Origin: Planctomycetota bacterium
GTDB taxonomy: Bacteria; Planctomycetota; PLA2; JAEUHO01
DNA length: 64,000 nucleotides
Direction: 5' to 3'
Assembly: GCA_965223505.1 (NCBI GenBank)
Contig: CBDCWP010000038.1
Span: forward strand, 128,001 to 192,000
Of this stretch, positions 39,754 through 49,636 are shown one piece after another; within the stretch, counting starts at the first letter, position 1, and each line of letters opens with the position of its first letter. The notes beneath the pieces are model-generated. The model saw only the letters and a program-made list of their open reading frames with translations, did not search any database and was not told the DNA's origin. The position numbers and the translations under genes are program-made.

Positions 39754-39945
39754 GACCGACCTCCCGATACGAAGTTCATTGTGCGGATTGCGGAATGCAG
39801 GCGTCGTCGCGGCACGCAGTGGTGACGCGAAGCGCCGATCGCGAGGTGCGAGCGCACGCGGGCCGAAGTCGAGCTACGACGGGTGCGTGCCGGCGTCCGT
39901 CAGGGAATCCGCCGACGCGACGTCGGCGGGGCCTTCAGCGGACGG

Positions 39946-40002
39946 CTACGAGGAGAGCGCCCCGGCGGCGGAGGCGTCGAGTGTCGAGGTGAATCCAGTC
40001 AT
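39946..40002 (-). CDS. Putative 18-aa leader peptide (MTGFTSTLDASAAGALSS) upstream of rsgA
   Basis: Strong AGGGAGG RBS 5 nt before ATG; followed by hairpins in a ~190-nt leader. Confidence 0.62.
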   Translation of the reverse strand: MTGFTSTLDASAAGALSS

Positions 40003-40071
40003 GAGCGCCTCCCTTCGTGATGTCGTTGCAGGGAGGACGCGCTGGAGGATGCGCGGGTTCCGTCCGAATCC

Positions 40072-41160
40072 TCAGCGGCGAAACGTGAGCGACAGACCGG
40101 CGAACACCCCGGGATCGACCCGGAGCGTCGTGCTCGTACGACCGTCGGCGTCCGACACGCGGTACTCGCGGTAGATGTCGACGCCGGCGTGGGCCTCGAG
40201 CGTCGCGTCGGCGCTCGGCGTGAACGAGAACCGGAACGTGATCGGGATGCGCGTGTCGTCGAACGTGCCGTCGGGCATGGGGCCGTTGTCGCGCAACCGG
40301 AAGCGGCGGGTGTCCACGGTGCCGGCGGCAGAGATCTCGAAGTACCGGCCGAACGTATGGGACAGCACGAGCCCGCGGCCCTCGAGGGCGAGGCGCCAGT
40401 CGTCCTTGAAGCGCCAGTCGAACTGCGGCGTCGGGAAGATGAACGGATCGTCCTCCAGCAGCGTGACGACGATGACGCCGAGACCGCTGCGGAACGTGGA
40501 CGAGAACTCGTGGCCGACGACGCCGATGAACGTGAACCGCACGCCCTCGCCGAGGTCGGCGCCGACCTCCCCCGACGTCGAGACGCCGCCACTGAGGAAC
40601 ACAGCCCACTCCCGGCTCAATGGTTGAAAGTACGTCGCGCTCAGTCCGAAGGTCTGGAACTTCTTGAACGGATCGCCGCTCGTCGCAAGCAGTGGGTCGC
40701 GGCCGTCGAACGTGTAGTCGCGCAGCTGGTAGATCGCGCTCATCGAGAACGACCCGAACGTCGGCAGCGGACGGCTCGCACCGACCAGCGCCGACGCCTC
40801 CCACGTACGCGAGCTCTGCCCCGTGCCCTCGATGTCTCCGCTCTGGTTCAGCGATGTCGCGACGGAGCCGAAGAAGGTCCAGCCCTCGTCGCCGGGACGC
40901 AGACCGGCCGACGAGATGTTCGTGAAGTCGAGCGAGCGGTTCAGGTTCTGGTTCTCGCCGTCATCGCGCGTGAGGCCGCCGCGCGCGACGAGCGGGGGTC
41001 CGTTGGGCGAGATCGCCGTGGGCGCGGGCGGCGAGGTCCACGTCGGATTCGACGTCGGCGCCGCGTCGGAGTCGGCAATGCGTCGTGTCGCGCAGCCCGT
41101 CCAGAGCACCGCGAACGCGATCAGCAGTCCGAGCCCGGCGTGTCGATGAAACTGCACCAT
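40072..41160 (-). CDS. Outer-membrane beta-barrel protein (DUF6268-like)
   Basis: Lipobox-like signal, alternating beta-strand pattern, C-terminal aromatic strand. Confidence 0.65.
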   Translation of the reverse strand: MVQFHRHAGLGLLIAFAVLWTGCATRRIADSDAAPTSNPTWTSPPAPTAISPNGPPLVARGGLTRDDGENQNLNRSLDFTNISSAGLRPGDEGWTFFGSVATSLNQSGDIEGTGQSSRTWEASALVGASRPLPTFGSFSMSAIYQLRDYTFDGRDPLLATSGDPFKKFQTFGLSATYFQPLSREWAVFLSGGVSTSGEVGADLGEGVRFTFIGVVGHEFSSTFRSGLGVIVVTLLEDDPFIFPTPQFDWRFKDDWRLALEGRGLVLSHTFGRYFEISAAGTVDTRRFRLRDNGPMPDGTFDDTRIPITFRFSFTPSADATLEAHAGVDIYREYRVSDADGRTSTTLRVDPGVFAGLSLTFRR

Positions 41161-41244
41161 CCCAATGTCTGATCGGCGCGCGGTTCCATCGGGCTGAAGC
41201 GGGTTCGTACCCCGTTTCGGTCCGCGAGATCACGAATTCGCGGG

Positions 41245-41976
41245 TCAGTCGGCGAAGACCGTCTCGAGCAGGTCCGTGATCCGCGCCGCGGGGTCGTTGC
41301 GGATCCTACGCTCTTCGTCCGCCAGCATCACGAAGAGCCCTTCGAGGCCCTGCTCGACCACGTACGTGTCGATGTCGAGCTGGATCGGCGGCACCAACGG
41401 GACCACGTTGTAGCGGCGCACCAGATCGCCGTAGATGCGGGCCAGCCCGACCTCCCGAAGCTTCGCCGAAACGATCGGCCGGAACCGCTCGAACAACGGC
41501 TTCCACGCGGTGCGGCGGAAGAACTGCGTCGCCGCGTCATCACCGCCGTCCAGGATCGAACGGGCGTCCGCGATCGTCATCTGCCGGATCGACTCGAAGA
41601 AGACGGCGACCGCCTCGGCGGAGGCCTTCTCCGCCGCACGGTTCATGGCGATCTTGAGCTCGTCCACCTTGCTGCCCAGGCCGACGCCCCGCAACACGCG
41701 CCCAGCGTCCTCGAACTCGTCCGGCAGCGGAATGTGAATGCGCGGATTTCGCAGATAGCCGTCGACCTGCGACGTCACGCGCACGGCGTTGCGCGTGCCG
41801 ACCTGCAGCGCCTCCTTGAGGCCCGCCACGATCGTCTCGTCGTCGAGCGTGCCTGTGCCGGCCGCGCCCCCCACCCGGCCGAGCACGTCCTGCACCGAGG
41901 CAGCGTCGACGTTCGAGCACCCGCCGAACGGGAGCAACGCCAAACCGGCCAGCAGCGCAATGCGTGACGTTCTCAT
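41245..41976 (-). CDS. DUF4197 lipoprotein
   Basis: GLKEALQVG, MNRAAE and EERRIRNDPAAR motifs. Confidence 0.9.
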   Translation of the reverse strand: MRTSRIALLAGLALLPFGGCSNVDAASVQDVLGRVGGAAGTGTLDDETIVAGLKEALQVGTRNAVRVTSQVDGYLRNPRIHIPLPDEFEDAGRVLRGVGLGSKVDELKIAMNRAAEKASAEAVAVFFESIRQMTIADARSILDGGDDAATQFFRRTAWKPLFERFRPIVSAKLREVGLARIYGDLVRRYNVVPLVPPIQLDIDTYVVEQGLEGLFVMLADEERRIRNDPAARITDLLETVFAD

Positions 41977-42067
41977 GGAATCTCCATCGAGGGCCGCACA
42001 TCCTCGCACGTCGCCCTCGTCCGCCTACGCGATTCGTGGCCACCCCTCGGTACGATCAGGCTGATAC

Positions 42068-43534
42068 ATGCACGACGAACTCGACCGTCTCTTCCGCGCT
42101 CGCTTCGGGACACCGCCCGCGTCGACACGACCGCTTGCCGGTGACGCATCGCGACGTCGCATGATCCTTATGTCCGGTCCCGACGGTGTCACCGCCGTCG
42201 GCGTGATCGGTCCCGACGCGGCGGAGAACCGGGCCTTTCTCTCGTTCTCCCGCTCGTTCAAGAGCATCGATCTTCCGGTGCCCCAGATCTACGGCGAAGG
42301 CGACGGCGCGTACCTGCTCGAAGACCTCGGCGACACCACGCTCTTCGCGGCGCTGCAGCGCGAGCGCGCGGGCGCCGCGGCGTTCCCGGACTCGATGATC
42401 CCGGTCTACCGGCGCGTGCTCGAGACGCTGCCGCGGTTCCAGGTCGAGGGCGGGCGCGTCGTCGACTACCGCGTGGGGTATCCGCGTGCTGCGTTCGACC
42501 GGCAGTCGATGCACTGGGATTTGAACTACTTCAAGTACCACTTCTTGAAGCTCGCCCACATCCCCTTCGACGAAGAGCGGCTCGAGCGCGACTTCGAACA
42601 GTTGATCGCGTTCCTTCAGGGCGCGGACACGTCGCACTTCCTCTACCGCGACTTCCAGTCCCGCAACGTGATGTTGCGCGACGGCGCCCCGTGGTTCATC
42701 GACTACCAGGGCGGACGGCGCGGCGCGCTGCAGTACGACGTCGCGTCGCTGCTGTACGACGGCAAGGCTGCGATTCCAAAGTCCGTCCGGGCATCCTTGC
42801 TGAAGCATTATCTCGACGCCGTGCAGGACCACCTTCCGGTCGACCGCGAGGCCTTTCGGCGTCACTACATCGGCTACGTGCTCATTCGCTTGATGCAGGC
42901 GATGGGCGCGTACGGCTACCGCGGCTTTTACGAGCGCAAAGCGCACTTCCTCCAGAGCGTGCCGCATGCGGTGCGCAACCTCGAGCACCTCCTGACGGAA
43001 CGACGCATCCCGATCGAGCTGCCCGAGCTCACGGCGGTGTTCGAGCGGATCTGCGCTTCGGAAAGGCTGCGTCGTGACGTCGGGCCGAAGGCCGAGGGCC
43101 TGACGGTGCGCATCTCCAGCTTCAGCTACAAGAACGGCTACCCGGTGGACGATTCCGGGCACGGTGGCGGGTACGTCTTCGACTGCCGCGCCGTCGAGAA
43201 CCCGGGCCGGCAGGAGAAGTACAAGGGCCTCACGGGACGCGACGACGCGGTGATCGCGTTCCTGGAAGCGGAGCCGTCCTGCGAGGCGTTCTTTGCCCAT
43301 GCGCTCGGACTCGTGAAAGCGCAGGTCGAATCGTACCGCGCGCGCGCGTTCGACTCGCTCAGCGTGAACTTCGGCTGCACGGGCGGCCAGCATCGGTCGG
43401 TCTACTTCGCCGAGCGGCTCGCGGGCGCGTTGGAAGCGACATTCGACGACGTGAACGTGACCGTGACGCATGCCCAGGCGGGTTCCTGGCCGCGAGCCGC
43501 GTCCGTCTCCGCCGGCGGAGACGACCGCGCGTGA
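42068..43534 (+). CDS. AmgK-like sugar phosphotransferase fused to RapZ C-terminal domain
   Basis: GDASRR, RDFQSRNVM, IDYQG; C-terminal SFSYK, VFDCR..NP, GCTGGQHRSV. Confidence 0.88.
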   Translation: MHDELDRLFRARFGTPPASTRPLAGDASRRRMILMSGPDGVTAVGVIGPDAAENRAFLSFSRSFKSIDLPVPQIYGEGDGAYLLEDLGDTTLFAALQRERAGAAAFPDSMIPVYRRVLETLPRFQVEGGRVVDYRVGYPRAAFDRQSMHWDLNYFKYHFLKLAHIPFDEERLERDFEQLIAFLQGADTSHFLYRDFQSRNVMLRDGAPWFIDYQGGRRGALQYDVASLLYDGKAAIPKSVRASLLKHYLDAVQDHLPVDREAFRRHYIGYVLIRLMQAMGAYGYRGFYERKAHFLQSVPHAVRNLEHLLTERRIPIELPELTAVFERICASERLRRDVGPKAEGLTVRISSFSYKNGYPVDDSGHGGGYVFDCRAVENPGRQEKYKGLTGRDDAVIAFLEAEPSCEAFFAHALGLVKAQVESYRARAFDSLSVNFGCTGGQHRSVYFAERLAGALEATFDDVNVTVTHAQAGSWPRAASVSAGGDDRA

Positions 43535-44262
43535 GCATCGACGCGATGATCTTCGCAGCCGGCCGGGGAACCCGGTTGCGACCGCTCACGGACACCAAGC
43601 CGAAGGCGCTCGTCGAGGTCGGCGGCGTCCCGATGCTCGAACGAACGGCGCTGCGGCTCGTCGCCGCGGGCGCGGACCGGCTCGTCGTCAACGTGTGCCC
43701 GTTCGCGGACGACATCGAGGCGTTCGTGCGTTCGCGCGACGACTTCGGTGTCGAGGTCCGTTTTTCGCGCGAGGCCGAACCGCTCGAAACCGGCGGCGGG
43801 CTGCTCGCCGCACGCGGCCTCTTTCGCGGCGACCGGCCGATCGTGCTCCACAACGCCGACGTGTTCAGCGATCAGCCCCTCGAGGAGATGGTCGCGGCGC
43901 ATGCGACAAGCGGCGCGATCGCGACGCTCGCCGTGATGCGGCGAACGTCCAGCCGCGGGCTGCTCTTCGACGACGGGGGTCTGCTCGGCCGAATCGATCA
44001 CACCCGCGACGTGCGCCTGGAAGCGCGCGCGCCGGTGGGAACGCCGTGGGAGATCCCGTTCTCGGGCGTTCACGTCATCGCCCCGCGCCTGCTGGCACGT
44101 ATCGAAGAGACCGGCGCGTTTCCCATTCTGCGCTGCTACCTGCGTCTGGTCGCGGGAGGCGAGCGCATCGACGCATTCCGCACGGACGGCTGCACCTGGG
44201 TCGACATCGGGCGGCCGGATCAGCTCGAACACGCCAACGCGCTGGCCGCAGAGTCCGCATGA
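43531..44262 (+). CDS. murU: Nucleotidyltransferase (MurU-like)
   Basis: AMIFAAGRGTRLRPLTDTKPKAL and LETGGG motifs; coupled to the amgK-like gene. Confidence 0.8.
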   Translation: MSIDAMIFAAGRGTRLRPLTDTKPKALVEVGGVPMLERTALRLVAAGADRLVVNVCPFADDIEAFVRSRDDFGVEVRFSREAEPLETGGGLLAARGLFRGDRPIVLHNADVFSDQPLEEMVAAHATSGAIATLAVMRRTSSRGLLFDDGGLLGRIDHTRDVRLEARAPVGTPWEIPFSGVHVIAPRLLARIEETGAFPILRCYLRLVAGGERIDAFRTDGCTWVDIGRPDQLEHANALAAESA

Positions 44263-44759
44263 GAACGCCGAAGACCTGGAAGCAGCTTCTGATCCTTGCG
44301 GCGATCCTGATCGCCGTGTGGGCGTGGGACCGCTGGATCGAGCCGGGGGCGCTGAGCGGCGGAAGCTCGAGCGAAACCGGCGCGTCGCCGCCCACGGGCG
44401 GCACGCCGGGCACCGGAACGGCGACGGCGGACCCGATCCGCGTGGCATTCGAAAGAGGGCGTGGCAAGAGATGGGTCGAACACCACGGCGTGGTGACCAA
44501 GATCCTGCGGGATGACGACGACCCCGACGGTGGACGCCATCAGAAGTTCCTGATTCGCTCACCGAGCGGGGTCAGTGTGCTCGTCGCCCACAACATCGAC
44601 ATCGCCGACCGCGTGCCCCTCTCCAAGGGCGATGCGGTGTCGTTTCGAGGGGAGTACGTCTGGACCGAGAAGGGCGGCACGCTCCACTGGACGCACCGCC
44701 CCAAATACGGCAATCGCCAAGGTGGCTGGATCGAGCACGCCGGCAAGCGCTATCGCTGA
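44259..44759 (+). CDS. DUF3465 domain protein
   Basis: RHQKF, AHNIDIA, GGTLHWTH and GGWI motifs. Confidence 0.88.
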   Translation: MRTPKTWKQLLILAAILIAVWAWDRWIEPGALSGGSSSETGASPPTGGTPGTGTATADPIRVAFERGRGKRWVEHHGVVTKILRDDDDPDGGRHQKFLIRSPSGVSVLVAHNIDIADRVPLSKGDAVSFRGEYVWTEKGGTLHWTHRPKYGNRQGGWIEHAGKRYR

Positions 44760-44770
44760 TCCGCTCGCAG

Positions 44771-45613
44771 CTACGCGACCTGGTGCATGTGAACGTCCCG
44801 CTGCGGGTACGGAATGTTGATCCCGTTCTCGTCGCAGGCCAGCTTCATCGCTTCGGTCACCTCGCTGTAGACCTTCCAGTAGTCGCCGTTCTTGCACCAG
44901 GGACGCACGTTGAAGTTGACGCTGCTGTCGGCGAGCGCAATCAGGTTGACGGACGGCTTGGGGTTGTCGAGCACGAGCGGGTGCTTTTCGAGGATGTCCA
45001 GGAAGAGCGCCTGGGCCTTCTTGAGATCGTCGTCGTAGCCGATGCCCATGACGAGGTCCACGCGCCGCGTGCTGTTCGCCGAGTAGTTCACGATGACGCC
45101 GCCGAGCATCTTCGCGTTGGGCACGATGACCCGCTTGTTGTCCTTCGTATCCAGGATCGTCGAGAAGATCTGGATCTCCACGATGTCGCCGGATGTGCCC
45201 GCCGCCTCGACGAAGTCGCCCACGCGGAAGGGCCGCAGCATGATGATCATCACGCCCGCCGCGAAGTTGGACAGCGACCCCTGCAGCGCGAAGCCGATCG
45301 CGAGGCCCGCCGCGCCGATGATCGCGACGAACGAGTTGGTCTTGACCCCGAGCGTGCCGAGCGCGGAAATGAACACGAACACGAGCAACATCGCGTAGAC
45401 GATGTTCGTGATGAAGCCGATGAGCATGTCGTCGACCTTGGCGCGGCGCAGCACACGACGCGTGATCGCACGAACGATCTTCGCGCCGATCCAGCCCGCC
45501 AACAACGTGACGAGCGCGCCGACGATGCTGGGGCCGTACGCCTGCAGCGCGTCCCACAGCTCGGCGAGGAAGGACTGCAGCAGCTCGTTGAACTCGGCAG
45601 CGATGATGACCAT
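44771..45613 (-). CDS. mscS: Small-conductance mechanosensitive channel
   Basis: GAAGLAIGFALQGSLSNFAAG and IPYPQRDVH motifs. Confidence 0.95.
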   Translation of the reverse strand: MVIIAAEFNELLQSFLAELWDALQAYGPSIVGALVTLLAGWIGAKIVRAITRRVLRRAKVDDMLIGFITNIVYAMLLVFVFISALGTLGVKTNSFVAIIGAAGLAIGFALQGSLSNFAAGVMIIMLRPFRVGDFVEAAGTSGDIVEIQIFSTILDTKDNKRVIVPNAKMLGGVIVNYSANSTRRVDLVMGIGYDDDLKKAQALFLDILEKHPLVLDNPKPSVNLIALADSSVNFNVRPWCKNGDYWKVYSEVTEAMKLACDENGINIPYPQRDVHMHQVA

Positions 45614-45702
45614 GTCCCATTTCTCCTTCGGTGTTTGAAATTCGGCGAGAGTCTAGCGATGGACGTCGTGCATGCGTCGGGTTGCGCGACCGTTGAATTG
45701 CA

Positions 45703-45732
45703 CGAGGGCGGGCGCCACGACGCCCGCCCTCG
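45703..45732. terminator. GC-rich hairpin after mscL, possible terminator or stability element
   Basis: CGAGGGCGGGCG-CCACGA-CGCCCGCCCTCG, perfect 12-bp stem; U-tract weak. Confidence 0.5.
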
Positions 45733-45758
45733 CGGTCTGTTGAATGGTGACGAGTGTG

Positions 45759-46166
45759 CTAGCTCCGTGCCTTGAGCAAGTCCCGGATCTCTTCGAGCAG
45801 GACCTCCTGCTTCGGCGGCTCCTTGGGCTTCTCTTCTTCCTTCTTCTTGAACTTGTTCATGGCCTTGATGACCACGAAGATCGAGAAGGCGACGATCAGG
45901 AAGTTGATGATGGTGTTGATGAAGGCGCCGTAGCGAATCGCCACGCCTTCCTCGGTCACCTTGCCGGCTTCGTCCGTCACCGGGTCCTTCAACGATACGC
46001 TCAAGTCGGCGAAGTCGACCTCGCCCATGGCCATGCCGATGGGCGGCATGATGACGTCGGCGACGAGCGACTTGACGATCAAGCCGAACGCAGCGCCGAG
46101 AATGATGCCGACCGCCATGTCCATGACGTTGCCGCGCATCGCGAACTTCTTGAACTCCGCAAACAT
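45759..46166 (-). CDS. mscL: Large-conductance mechanosensitive channel
   Basis: [21 protein letters not shown] and LLEEIRDLL motifs. Confidence 0.97.
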   Translation of the reverse strand: MFAEFKKFAMRGNVMDMAVGIILGAAFGLIVKSLVADVIMPPIGMAMGEVDFADLSVSLKDPVTDEAGKVTEEGVAIRYGAFINTIINFLIVAFSIFVVIKAMNKFKKKEEEKPKEPPKQEVLLEEIRDLLKARS

Positions 46167-46346
46167 CCAGTTTCCTCCATCCGGGCAATCAGGCGTCCCT
46201 GCGACGCCTCGAGGGGGTTGCGCACAGCCTGACGACGGTCCTCGATCGACGCCAAAGACGAATCTCGGCGCAGCGCCGTTCTCTTCACGACTTCTTCAAA
46301 ACAGAGGGCGTGTTCGTCGAATTCGGGGCGCGAACGACGAAGCGGG

Positions 46347-47156
46347 CTAGCGCTTGAGCGTCGTCGACTCGGTCTCGAGCGCGATCTCCTGACCGCCGGC
46401 CGTGAGAACGGTCGCACGAGTCTGGATCAGATTGCGCTCGGGCACGCCGATCACGCGGCACACGAGTTCGAACTGCTGCACCTGATTGGGCGCCAGGGCG
46501 AAGGTCGAGGACTTCGCGGACTGGCCGGCGCCCGTCACCGAACCGCCCCGGTTGCCCGCGCCGCTCACGAACTCGAGCTCGGCCGGCAGCGTCCAGGTGA
46601 CACTCAGGTCCGGGGTCAGCGACGTGCCTGCGTCGTTCTCGACCTTCAAGGTGTAGATGAACTCCTCGCCGACCTTGAAGATGCCCTTGGCGTTGCGCGC
46701 CAGGTCCACGTCGATCATCTCGAGCTGAATCGCCGGAAGGCCCTCGATCGTGGTCGAGCAGATGCAACCGGCCGCGGCGATGCGCGTCGAGTCGGTCGCG
46801 TGCGCGCTCACACGGCAAAGACCGAGGTCGTTGGCCATGAACTTCGCGCAGTGCGTCTTCTTCTCGCCGACCGCGAGCTTGGGAATGCGGATGGCCAGCA
46901 CCTCGCCCTCGATCAAGCGCGCGCCCGGGCACCCGCGGATCGCCAGGTGCACGTCCTCGAGCGCGAGCGTTCCGACGTTCTCCACGGTCGCACACACCTC
47001 GAACGGATCGCCGATGAGCACGCTCTTGCCGGGCTCGATCGTGCAGCTGACGACGATGTCACGGCAAACGCACTCCTCATCCTCCGCGTGCACGGGGGCC
47101 AACACGCCCAGCGTCAAGACCAGCACCGGGACGAACGCCACGAAGATGCGCTGCAT
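46347..47156 (-). CDS. Secreted Cys-rich DUF11 (OmcB-like) protein
   Basis: Signal peptide; Ig-like repeats (VGEEFIYTLKVEN, LPAELEFVS, ETESTT); many Cys in the first domain. Confidence 0.65.
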   Translation of the reverse strand: MQRIFVAFVPVLVLTLGVLAPVHAEDEECVCRDIVVSCTIEPGKSVLIGDPFEVCATVENVGTLALEDVHLAIRGCPGARLIEGEVLAIRIPKLAVGEKKTHCAKFMANDLGLCRVSAHATDSTRIAAAGCICSTTIEGLPAIQLEMIDVDLARNAKGIFKVGEEFIYTLKVENDAGTSLTPDLSVTWTLPAELEFVSGAGNRGGSVTGAGQSAKSSTFALAPNQVQQFELVCRVIGVPERNLIQTRATVLTAGGQEIALETESTTLKR

Positions 47157-47242
47157 CGCTTCTCTCCCACGCGCTCCCTCGAGCGCTGCCGGGATGCTAC
47201 CGGAACCGCTGAGCGTCCACGACTCCTGCCGGCATGCGCCGC

Positions 47243-47890
47243 CTACGGGCCGAACCGGGGCAGCGGATCGGGCCCCGCCGGCAGCAGTCCACGCTTCACG
47301 AGCCCGTCCACGAGCGCCTCCATGTTGGCGTTGACGAAGTCCGTGAGCCGCGTGTGATCGGGCGGCCGGCGGCGATAGCTCAAATACTCCTCGTAGGCGC
47401 GCTTCCCGTCCCAGCCCTGGAAGAGCATTCGGTAGCAGGCGATGACGCCGCCCGTTCGTTCGGAGCCGGCCGCGCAGTGCACGAGCACGCGCTTGCCGGC
47501 TCGCTTCGCGGCCAGGATCTCCGCGAGTGCGCCTTCGTAGTCCGCGATGTCTCCGCGCCCGCTGCCGTCGAGGCTCACGAAGTCGATCTTCGGGATGTCG
47601 AGCTTCTTCGCGGCGGCCACCTCCGCCTCGTGGTCTTCCCGGCCGGGCGTGTCGATCGCCAGGTCGATGATCACGTCGATCTCGTTCTCCCGCAGCACGT
47701 CTTCGATGATGCGCGGATGGATCTGCCCGCTGCGGTAGATGACGCCCTCTTCCACGACGCCCCAGTTCTTGGGGAAGAACATGTACCGACCGCCGTCGAG
47801 CCACCAATAGGCAAAGAACCCGATCGCGCCCAACACGAGCGTGACGGTCAGCTTGAGCTTCCAGCGTCGGGGCGGCTTCATCGGCGTCAT
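47243..47890 (-). CDS. Tyrosine/dual-specificity phosphatase family protein
   Basis: IYRSGQ and VHCAAGSERTG (CX5R); true start may be 47881. Confidence 0.85.
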   Translation of the reverse strand: MTPMKPPRRWKLKLTVTLVLGAIGFFAYWWLDGGRYMFFPKNWGVVEEGVIYRSGQIHPRIIEDVLRENEIDVIIDLAIDTPGREDHEAEVAAAKKLDIPKIDFVSLDGSGRGDIADYEGALAEILAAKRAGKRVLVHCAAGSERTGGVIACYRMLFQGWDGKRAYEEYLSYRRRPPDHTRLTDFVNANMEALVDGLVKRGLLPAGPDPLPRFGP

Positions 47891-47958
47891 GGTAGCCGCC
47901 GGCTGCGCCTTCCATCGCGAGTTGCTAGAGTGACGACCGAGCGAGACGGAGCCCGCCG

Positions 47959-48306
47959 ATGCAAGTCAACCATCTGCACCTACACGTCAAGGACCTCGAT
48001 GCGTCGCAGCGGTACTACGAGACGTACTTCGGCTTCCGCGAGCACACGTATCACGGTCCGATCCTGTTCCTGCGCAACGAGGACGACTTCGATCTCGCCC
48101 TCGCGCCCGACGAGACTCCGGAAGCGCTGCCGCCCTGGTTTCACTTCGGCTGCCGGCTCGCGAGCGCGGACGACGTCGTCGCGCTGCTCGAACGCATGAA
48201 AGCGGACGGCGCCGGCATCGCGAAGGACCTCTATCGGGACGAGACGCTCGCTTCGTTTCGCGCGGCCGACCCCGACGGCCATCAGATCGAGATCTACTGG
48301 GAGTAG
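47959..48306 (+). CDS. VOC family protein
   Basis: NHLHLHV, HFG and DPDGHQIE motifs. Confidence 0.88.
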   Translation: MQVNHLHLHVKDLDASQRYYETYFGFREHTYHGPILFLRNEDDFDLALAPDETPEALPPWFHFGCRLASADDVVALLERMKADGAGIAKDLYRDETLASFRAADPDGHQIEIYWE

Positions 48307-48312
48307 GGCGCG

Positions 48313-49050
48313 CTACGTCGCGAAGCCGCCGTCGACGGTGTACTCGGCGCCCGTCACGTACGACGCCGCGGGCGACGCGAGATAGCGGACCGCCCCGGCG
48401 ACCTCCTCGGCCGTGCCGAACCGCGCGAGCGGGACCATGCTCGCGATGTGCTCCGCCATCGCCTGCGCCTCTTCCTCGGGAACGTCGAGGCCGTCGAACA
48501 GCGGCGTCTCGATCGGGCCGGGGCTGACGATGTTCACGCGGATGCCCTCGGGCGCGAGCTCCTTGGCAAGCGCCTTGGAGAACGTCGTCACCGCGCCCTT
48601 GCTCGCCGAGTAGACGGAGAAACCGGGAATCGGACGCGTGTCCACGACGGACGAAATGTTGATCACGTTGCCCTTCGACGCGCGCAGCAACGGAAGTGCC
48701 GCACGGGTCATGCCGATGAGGCCCTTCACGTTGATGCCGAACACGAAATCGTAGTGGTCTTCGTCCGCCTGGTCGATGGGACCGGGGGGCGCCACGCCCG
48801 CGTTGTTGACGAGCACGTCGAGCCGCCCATAGCGCTCCTTGACCTGGTCGACCGTGCGTTGGATGTCCGCGCCGTTCGAGACGTCGCCGGCGATGTAGTC
48901 GCCGCCGTCGATGGTCGCCGTGGCCTCCTTCAAGACGCCCTCACGTCGGCCGGTGATGACGACCTTGAATCCGTCCTCGGCCAGCGCCCTCGCGGACGCG
49001 AGCCCGATACCTGTGCCGCCGCCGGTGACGAGTGCAACACGTTCGGTCAT
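48313..49050 (-). CDS. SDR family oxidoreductase
   Basis: TGGGTGIG, NNAG and YSASK motifs. Confidence 0.93.
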   Translation of the reverse strand: MTERVALVTGGGTGIGLASARALAEDGFKVVITGRREGVLKEATATIDGGDYIAGDVSNGADIQRTVDQVKERYGRLDVLVNNAGVAPPGPIDQADEDHYDFVFGINVKGLIGMTRAALPLLRASKGNVINISSVVDTRPIPGFSVYSASKGAVTTFSKALAKELAPEGIRVNIVSPGPIETPLFDGLDVPEEEAQAMAEHIASMVPLARFGTAEEVAGAVRYLASPAASYVTGAEYTVDGGFAT

Positions 49051-49162
49051 GGGGATCTCCTGGGGGTGGAACCGAATGAGATACACCCGACGGCAAGGAG
49101 GCCGCCCGGGTTTCAGCCTGGTCTCACCGCAGTCGAGGTCGGGGCGGCGCGGAAGCCCCCTT

Positions 49163-49570
49163 CTAGAGGGACGCGAACTCGACCAGGATGCACGCGCCGC
49201 CGGCGATCACGTCGACGCCCGCACCGCGGGCCGCTGTCACGGCTTCATACGATTCGGCGCCGGGCTGCAGCCAGATGTGGCGAACCCCCGCGGCCAGCGC
49301 GCTCTTCACGACCTCTGTGGTGACGTCGGGCGGGGTCACGACGGAGATCCCGTGCGGCAGCTCCGGCAGCTCGCTGATCGACGCGAAGCACGGCACACCC
49401 TCGATCTCCGTCTGGTTCGGGTTGACGGCGTAGACCTTGCGCTCCTGTTTCACGAACGCGCGCAGGACGCTGTTGCCCCACTTGCTGCGGTCCGCCGACG
49501 CACCGACGACTGCGTGCGGCGAGCCGGCGAGGAATTCGTCGATGCTCTCTTGCAGGGTCTTCTGGGGCAT
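49163..49570 (-). CDS. CoA-binding protein
   Basis: AVVGAS, YAVNP, WLQPGA and CILVE motifs. Confidence 0.88.
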   Translation of the reverse strand: MPQKTLQESIDEFLAGSPHAVVGASADRSKWGNSVLRAFVKQERKVYAVNPNQTEIEGVPCFASISELPELPHGISVVTPPDVTTEVVKSALAAGVRHIWLQPGAESYEAVTAARGAGVDVIAGGACILVEFASL

Positions 49571-49636
49571 GTGGCGTCGATCCGAGGGTGCGTTGCGGCC
49601 TGCTATCATCCCGGCCCCGGCCGCCGGTGACAAGGG

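Noticed and set aside
44771..46166. mscL-mscS adjacency as a novel system
   Set aside because: Ordinary osmoprotection genes, separated by a hairpin; nothing else unusual
46289..46310. TTCAAAACAGAGGG as a third MITE end
   Set aside because: Only a partial TIR match, with no partner end or internal similarity
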